Notes under the pieces: model-generated | The model's input: the letters and a program-made list of their open reading frames with translations, nothing else | What the model was told of the DNA's origin: nothing | Database searches by the model: none | Shown: positions 59,851-64,000 of the stretch, in pieces | Numbering within the stretch: position 1 is the stretch's first letter | Layout of the letters: each line of letters opens with the position of its first letter | Made by a program: the position numbers and the translations under genes | Virus record (IMG/VR): IMGVR_UViG_3300042317_000620 | Coordinates: 9,170 to 73,169 of that record | Strand: one strand, 5' to 3' | Source of the DNA: a virus | Taxonomy: Duplodnaviria > Caudoviricetes | Length of the DNA stretch: 64,000 nt

Positions 59851-59898
59851 GTTTTTCCTCCTAGTTAGGTTACTTAATTATAGCATAGATAGCCAATT

Positions 59899-60585
59899 TT
59901 ATGTAAGGTTTTCGTACTCTAAGCCCATGCCAATTCCAAAACCATATTTTTGTGCATTGGCTCCTTGTAAAGACAAAACATCATTGCTATCAGATGTTTG
60001 TCCTTTGCTAAACACCTTAGCCTTAAGATCTTCCCATTCTTTTTGTTTTCCTGCATTTTTATCTAAATCTACACCCTGCATTGCTGCTAAAAACTTTTTT
60101 TCTTGATAATCTAATTCCCTATTTGAAGAAAGAGTAGCCATTAACTCTGGCATAGACATAGACTCTTCTAAGTCTTGATAATCTTTCCAAATTCCTAGTA
60201 AAAATATTTCTGCTTCTAATTTAGCCAAATCTAGATCTTCCCAAGAGTTTTTGCTGCTGTCTTCTGCCTGTTTCTTTACTTGTTCTTCTGATTTATTATT
60301 AATTTTAATGTTGGCAGCAATATCTAAAATTTCATATACGGTTGGTAAGTCTAAATTATCTTCAATATCTTCTACCCTTTTTGATATTTTAGGATAATAT
60401 TGTTTCATAGCCACTCTAACACAGTTAACAAGAACCATAATAGTTTCTTCTTCTGTTGAAGCGTTTTTAATTAAATCAAAACTGTCCATAAATTCTCTTA
60501 AATATTTAATCTTAAGAGGAATTATTTCTATTTCAGTTCCGTCAACTAAAGATATTGTTTTTGTATTATATACTGTGGTAGCCAT
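59899..60585 (-). CDS. Tail assembly chaperone, long form
   Basis: Same N-domain plus W..Y..LEE.MSMPEL extension. Confidence 0.7.
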   Translation of the reverse strand: MATTVYNTKTISLVDGTEIEIIPLKIKYLREFMDSFDLIKNASTEEETIMVLVNCVRVAMKQYYPKISKRVEDIEDNLDLPTVYEILDIAANIKINNKSEEQVKKQAEDSSKNSWEDLDLAKLEAEIFLLGIWKDYQDLEESMSMPELMATLSSNRELDYQEKKFLAAMQGVDLDKNAGKQKEWEDLKAKVFSKGQTSDSNDVLSLQGANAQKYGFGIGMGLEYENLT

Positions 60586-60601
60586 TAATTAATTTTAGCA
60601 C

Positions 60602-60634
60602 AAAAGGACAAAGCCCATCTATAAAAGATGGGCC
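60602..60634 (-). terminator. Intrinsic terminator after the major tail gene
   Basis: GGCCCATCT-N5-AGATGGGCT-TTGTCCTTTT. Confidence 0.7.
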
Positions 60635-60651
60635 TTATCAATCAGTTAAGA

Positions 60652-61293
60652 TTATGATGCAGTGTGAGTGCGATCAACGATCTTGCCGTATGTTGCTGTC
60701 AAGTCATCTGGAAGAAGACGGAATGAAACTTCAAACATTGAAGCCTCGTCACGCTTAGCAGATACTGTAACATTTTCAATGGAAAGAGCACGATACGCAA
60801 CGTATACACGCTCAACGTTTCCAGAATCTTCACAGTCACCAGTTCCTGGACCTACTGCAACGATACCACGCTCAACTGGGCATTCTCCAATGTCTCCTGC
60901 GGAGAGATTAAGAGTGCGACCTGTTGATGAAGACTTGTTACCTGAAAGGTCAGAATCCTGGCCTGCGGTAGCAAGAAGAAGATTCTCAAGAGTTGCCTCT
61001 GCAAAAGCGGTAGCAAGATTTACTTGCATTCCCTGCTTGTAGAGTTTTGCAACGTCTAGAATCTGGTCAACCTGAACCTCACCAAAATCTGGTTGGAATT
61101 GGAGTTCAATACCGTTCATTGTATAACCAACGTTTGTGTAGTCTGGGTCTGCTGAAAGAGTAGACTTGTAAGACTCTGTGCTTACAAACGATGGAATAGC
61201 GTTAGTAGTGGTATTGAGATTGGCATCAGCAACGAAAAGGGCTGCTGCACCTACGATAATATTTGTGGACGTACCACGAGAATATGCTGGCAT
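60652..61293 (-). CDS. Major tail protein
   Basis: NIIVGAA, VGYT..G, VDQ, AEATLENL; own promoter and terminator; higher GC than neighbours. Confidence 0.8.
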   Translation of the reverse strand: MPAYSRGTSTNIIVGAAALFVADANLNTTTNAIPSFVSTESYKSTLSADPDYTNVGYTMNGIELQFQPDFGEVQVDQILDVAKLYKQGMQVNLATAFAEATLENLLLATAGQDSDLSGNKSSSTGRTLNLSAGDIGECPVERGIVAVGPGTGDCEDSGNVERVYVAYRALSIENVTVSAKRDEASMFEVSFRLLPDDLTATYGKIVDRTHTAS

Positions 61294-61381
61294 ATTTAAT
61301 TCACCTCTTTTTTAATTTTGTATTAAGTTGTGTAGTGGCAAACAAGGCGATGTTTCCTCTAAACCCAGTATATCAGTGTTT

Positions 61382-61993
61382 TTAGGTATAATTAATATCA
61401 GGATCTGGAATGGCAGTATTAACAGTTTTCTGTTGATTAATAGAGTGGTAGTCATATTCAATAACGAATTTATTGAGCGTCAATCCTCTTAAAGCAGCAA
61501 GTTCTGTTATGTCTCTAACCTCTTCTAATTGGTAAACCTTAATATCATGAAAATATACGTTATGTGTAATTGGTACGGCTGAATCACTTATTGGACTAGC
61601 CCCGCTTTGCTTAGCCATACACCATCTATTTAGGTCCTCTGCAGCAGCATCTGATCTATCAAGAAGTTGTGAAATTATAATTCCAGCATCTATGATCTTG
61701 CTTGGCACTGAATAAACATAGTATAAAAGTTGTTCACACTTCATAGCATAAAAAGCATCTCTTCTAAATCTTAAGAGCCTATCATATTGAATAGCAATAT
61801 CCCATTGCACTGAAAGAGCAGTTCCATTTTCATCATATTGTTGTGGAATATCAACTCTGTTTTTTGTTAAATCATCTATTGCATTTGGACTACTTGGAAT
61901 TGTAAGAACACTAAAGCCATACTTGTTTAGTTCTTCTTTAATATATTCATTAATCCAGATAGGTGGAAATGGGAGGTCTCTTATGTCTTTCAT
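61382..61993 (-). CDS. Putative tail terminator protein
   Basis: Position before the major tail gene; leaderless start. Confidence 0.5.
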   Translation of the reverse strand: MKDIRDLPFPPIWINEYIKEELNKYGFSVLTIPSSPNAIDDLTKNRVDIPQQYDENGTALSVQWDIAIQYDRLLRFRRDAFYAMKCEQLLYYVYSVPSKIIDAGIIISQLLDRSDAAAEDLNRWCMAKQSGASPISDSAVPITHNVYFHDIKVYQLEEVRDITELAALRGLTLNKFVIEYDYHSINQQKTVNTAIPDPDINYT

Positions 61994-61997
61994 AATA

Positions 61998-62684
61998 CTA
62001 TTCTACCTCAATTGTAGCATTAACAATCCAAGAATATCCAGTATTATATCCAACACGTCTTCCACCAATACTACCCCGTTGAAAATTAGATTTAAATGCT
62101 TTTGGATTGCTTAAATATTCAAAAATTCCACTTGATCTTAAAAAAGATTGTGAAAAGTAATTTTGAAAAAATGAATCAAATGTTTTTTCGTAAGATCCTT
62201 TAACCTGATCTCCACCAGGGTTATTTACAACCACTGGATTTGGTGTAAAAATATCTTGTCCATCTTCCGTAAAAGCCAAAACATTGGAATTTCTTGGTTT
62301 AATAACAACCGAAACTCCTTCTTCCATGATCTTTGCTTTATTATAAAATGGAACATTTGATCCTTCTTTTAAAGATCTAGACTGACTGAAATTAGAAAAA
62401 AATGCTACTGCGTCTCCTTTAACAGACATTGATATTGAGTATAATCTTGCATCTGGACTACCAGTTTTATGCCACTCATAAATATGATGTAATGCTCCAG
62501 GACTCATTTTTGCTTGAACATCTATAAATCTTTTTAAACCTTCAATTGTTGACATTCCAAGTTGCTTTAAAAACTGAGATTTACCCTTTTGCGTTCCATC
62601 TAAAAATCCAATAGAATAATCAATAACATTGTTCATTATTCTAGAAAAATCTTTAGTTTTTATTTGTGGAACAACCAAAGCCAT
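61998..62684 (-). CDS. Putative neck/tail completion protein
   Basis: Position; LHHIYEW, KA.IMEEG. Confidence 0.5.
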   Translation of the reverse strand: MALVVPQIKTKDFSRIMNNVIDYSIGFLDGTQKGKSQFLKQLGMSTIEGLKRFIDVQAKMSPGALHHIYEWHKTGSPDARLYSISMSVKGDAVAFFSNFSQSRSLKEGSNVPFYNKAKIMEEGVSVVIKPRNSNVLAFTEDGQDIFTPNPVVVNNPGGDQVKGSYEKTFDSFFQNYFSQSFLRSSGIFEYLSNPKAFKSNFQRGSIGGRRVGYNTGYSWIVNATIEVE

Positions 62685-63130
62685 TAATCATCAACTCCTT
62701 GATTTTCTGCTCGTCTAACAAGTATTTTATAGTATTCAGTATTTCCAAATGGACCAGTAAATGGCTCAAGAGTTGCAATTTCATATATTGTTCCACGATC
62801 TTCTCTAGCACCAGATGTTTCTTTATAAATAACTTCTCCAGAACAGTTACGAACATTAGTAATTAAAATATTTGTAATTGAATTATTTGTTCCATCTTTT
62901 CCTATACGAATATCATTTTTAACTCTACCAACAAGCATGTTTTCGTACTGTACAAATATTTTTGGTTTTACTTCTTCTTCAAATGCTGAGCCTACTGGAT
63001 TTAAACTAATTACGATAGTTCTGTCAAATCCCCAGTCTTTTTTTATTTGACCATAGACATCTTGTTCAACAATTGGATGATATACATCTGCAATCATTGG
63101 GTACATAAAGTCTATTTCGTTGCATGACAT
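62684..63130 (-). CDS. Putative head closure protein
   Basis: Position; QDVYGQI...W. Confidence 0.5.
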   Translation of the reverse strand: MSCNEIDFMYPMIADVYHPIVEQDVYGQIKKDWGFDRTIVISLNPVGSAFEEEVKPKIFVQYENMLVGRVKNDIRIGKDGTNNSITNILITNVRNCSGEVIYKETSGAREDRGTIYEIATLEPFTGPFGNTEYYKILVRRAENQGVDD

Positions 63131-64000
63131 TACAATACCCCAGGAACAATAATGTTACTCGCATACCTCTCAAGAATCTTATCAACAATAAGATTTCCAG
63201 TACCAGCAAACAGGGTCTTATCAAACTGAATTCTAAATTGATCTGTATTATATGCAGAGGCATACCTCTTAAAATAATCTAACTTTCCACACTTAATGTC
63301 ATCCATTAACATTAATGTTGCTTCTTTTATATCTGTAGGAACAACCTTATATCCTGCTTCTACCACAAACGTATAGTCTGAACCCTTAGAAAATGTATTG
63401 CCCCAGCCAATTGGACCAAGCCAGTCTGATTGTGCGGTAGGCAGCATAAGCGGTGCTTGATCTGCTCTATTGTAAGCACCTGTAATTTCTTGAATAATAG
63501 CAGTTTTGTTGTCACTTAACTTATAAGTAACTCCAAAAATTGCTGGCTCTTCTAACGAAGAATCATACCAAAGTTCGTTGTTTTGATATACCCTTAATAC
63601 TTTACGTGCTCTATGTTTGATTGGAGCATAGTCTGTGTTAAGCCCAGTATGTTCTATTGTTTCAGTTTTATAATAAAATCCACCAGTAATGGTATCAATA
63701 ATTAATCTTGCTGTTAATTCTCTTTGAGTGATTTCCGCTATTTCTGTTGCTGTTGTGCCAAGGCTTGCTGGATCAACATACGGCCTTGTAATTTCAAGCA
63801 TATCTTCTACAACAATATCTTCATCAGCCTCTTGAATTCTTAACGCATAAACTTTATCATATAAATGCCACTGATCTGTTTCAAACGTATAGTTTATTTT
63901 TTTGCCTGCTGTTGATGTTATTCTTTCTTCTAGAATAACTATATCTCTATCTTCGTCTTCAATAATCAAATCATATGCTGTAGATGCTGCTGGTACATCA
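63130..64000 (-). CDS. Head-tail adaptor, 5' end outside the window
   Basis: Frame open to the window edge; GY..VP.DIKEA and VD.IL..Y motifs. Confidence 0.6.
   Translation of the reverse strand, partial: DVPAASTAYDLIIEDEDRDIVILEERITSTAGKKINYTFETDQWHLYDKVYALRIQEADEDIVVEDMLEITRPYVDPASLGTTATEIAEITQRELTARLIIDTITGGFYYKTETIEHTGLNTDYAPIKHRARKVLRVYQNNELWYDSSLEEPAIFGVTYKLSDNKTAIIQEITGAYNRADQAPLMLPTAQSDWLGPIGWGNTFSKGSDYTFVVEAGYKVVPTDIKEATLMLMDDIKCGKLDYFKRYASAYNTDQFRIQFDKTLFAGTGNLIVDKILERYASNIIVPGVL

Noticed and set aside
51227-61042. Multiple + strand ORFs opposite tape measure, chaperone and major tail genes
   Set aside because: Antisense shadows with no recognisable motifs
1-64000. Alternative genetic code
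   Set aside because: Genes tile densely under the standard code and TAA, TAG and TGA all end genes

Overview
64 kb of a large, AT-rich tailed phage with a siphovirus-type tail, probably infecting freshwater Actinobacteria (inferred from a WhiB gene, an MSMEG_6728-type glycosylase, SigA-type promoters and many leaderless genes). No cellular housekeeping context is visible. 1-3241 is the end of a + strand methyltransferase/glycosyltransferase operon; everything else reads on the - strand. In transcription order (right to left): head-tail joining genes, major tail protein, two paralogous tail assembly chaperones, a ~2800 aa tape measure protein and tail-tip genes (64000-43442); a replication/recombination block with DnaB, DnaG, SSB, DnaE, RecA, Cas4-like nuclease and RuvC, interrupted by a halogenase/AhpD pair and three tandem 2OG-Fe(II) oxygenases (43445-28590); terminase genes (27383-25079); then an accessory region with surface proteins, Hsp20, an HslV-like protease, tRNA-Thr, oxygenases, a carbamoyltransferase, glycosyltransferases, a CHAP endolysin, WhiB and a holin-like gene. 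Best leads: a promoter-bounded structured ncRNA candidate (21864-21966), a hydroxylase/GT60-like/carbamoyltransferase operon, a duplicated tail chaperone that may replace the usual frameshift, and several RBS-sequestering RNA hairpins. All family assignments come from motifs read by eye; no database search was run.
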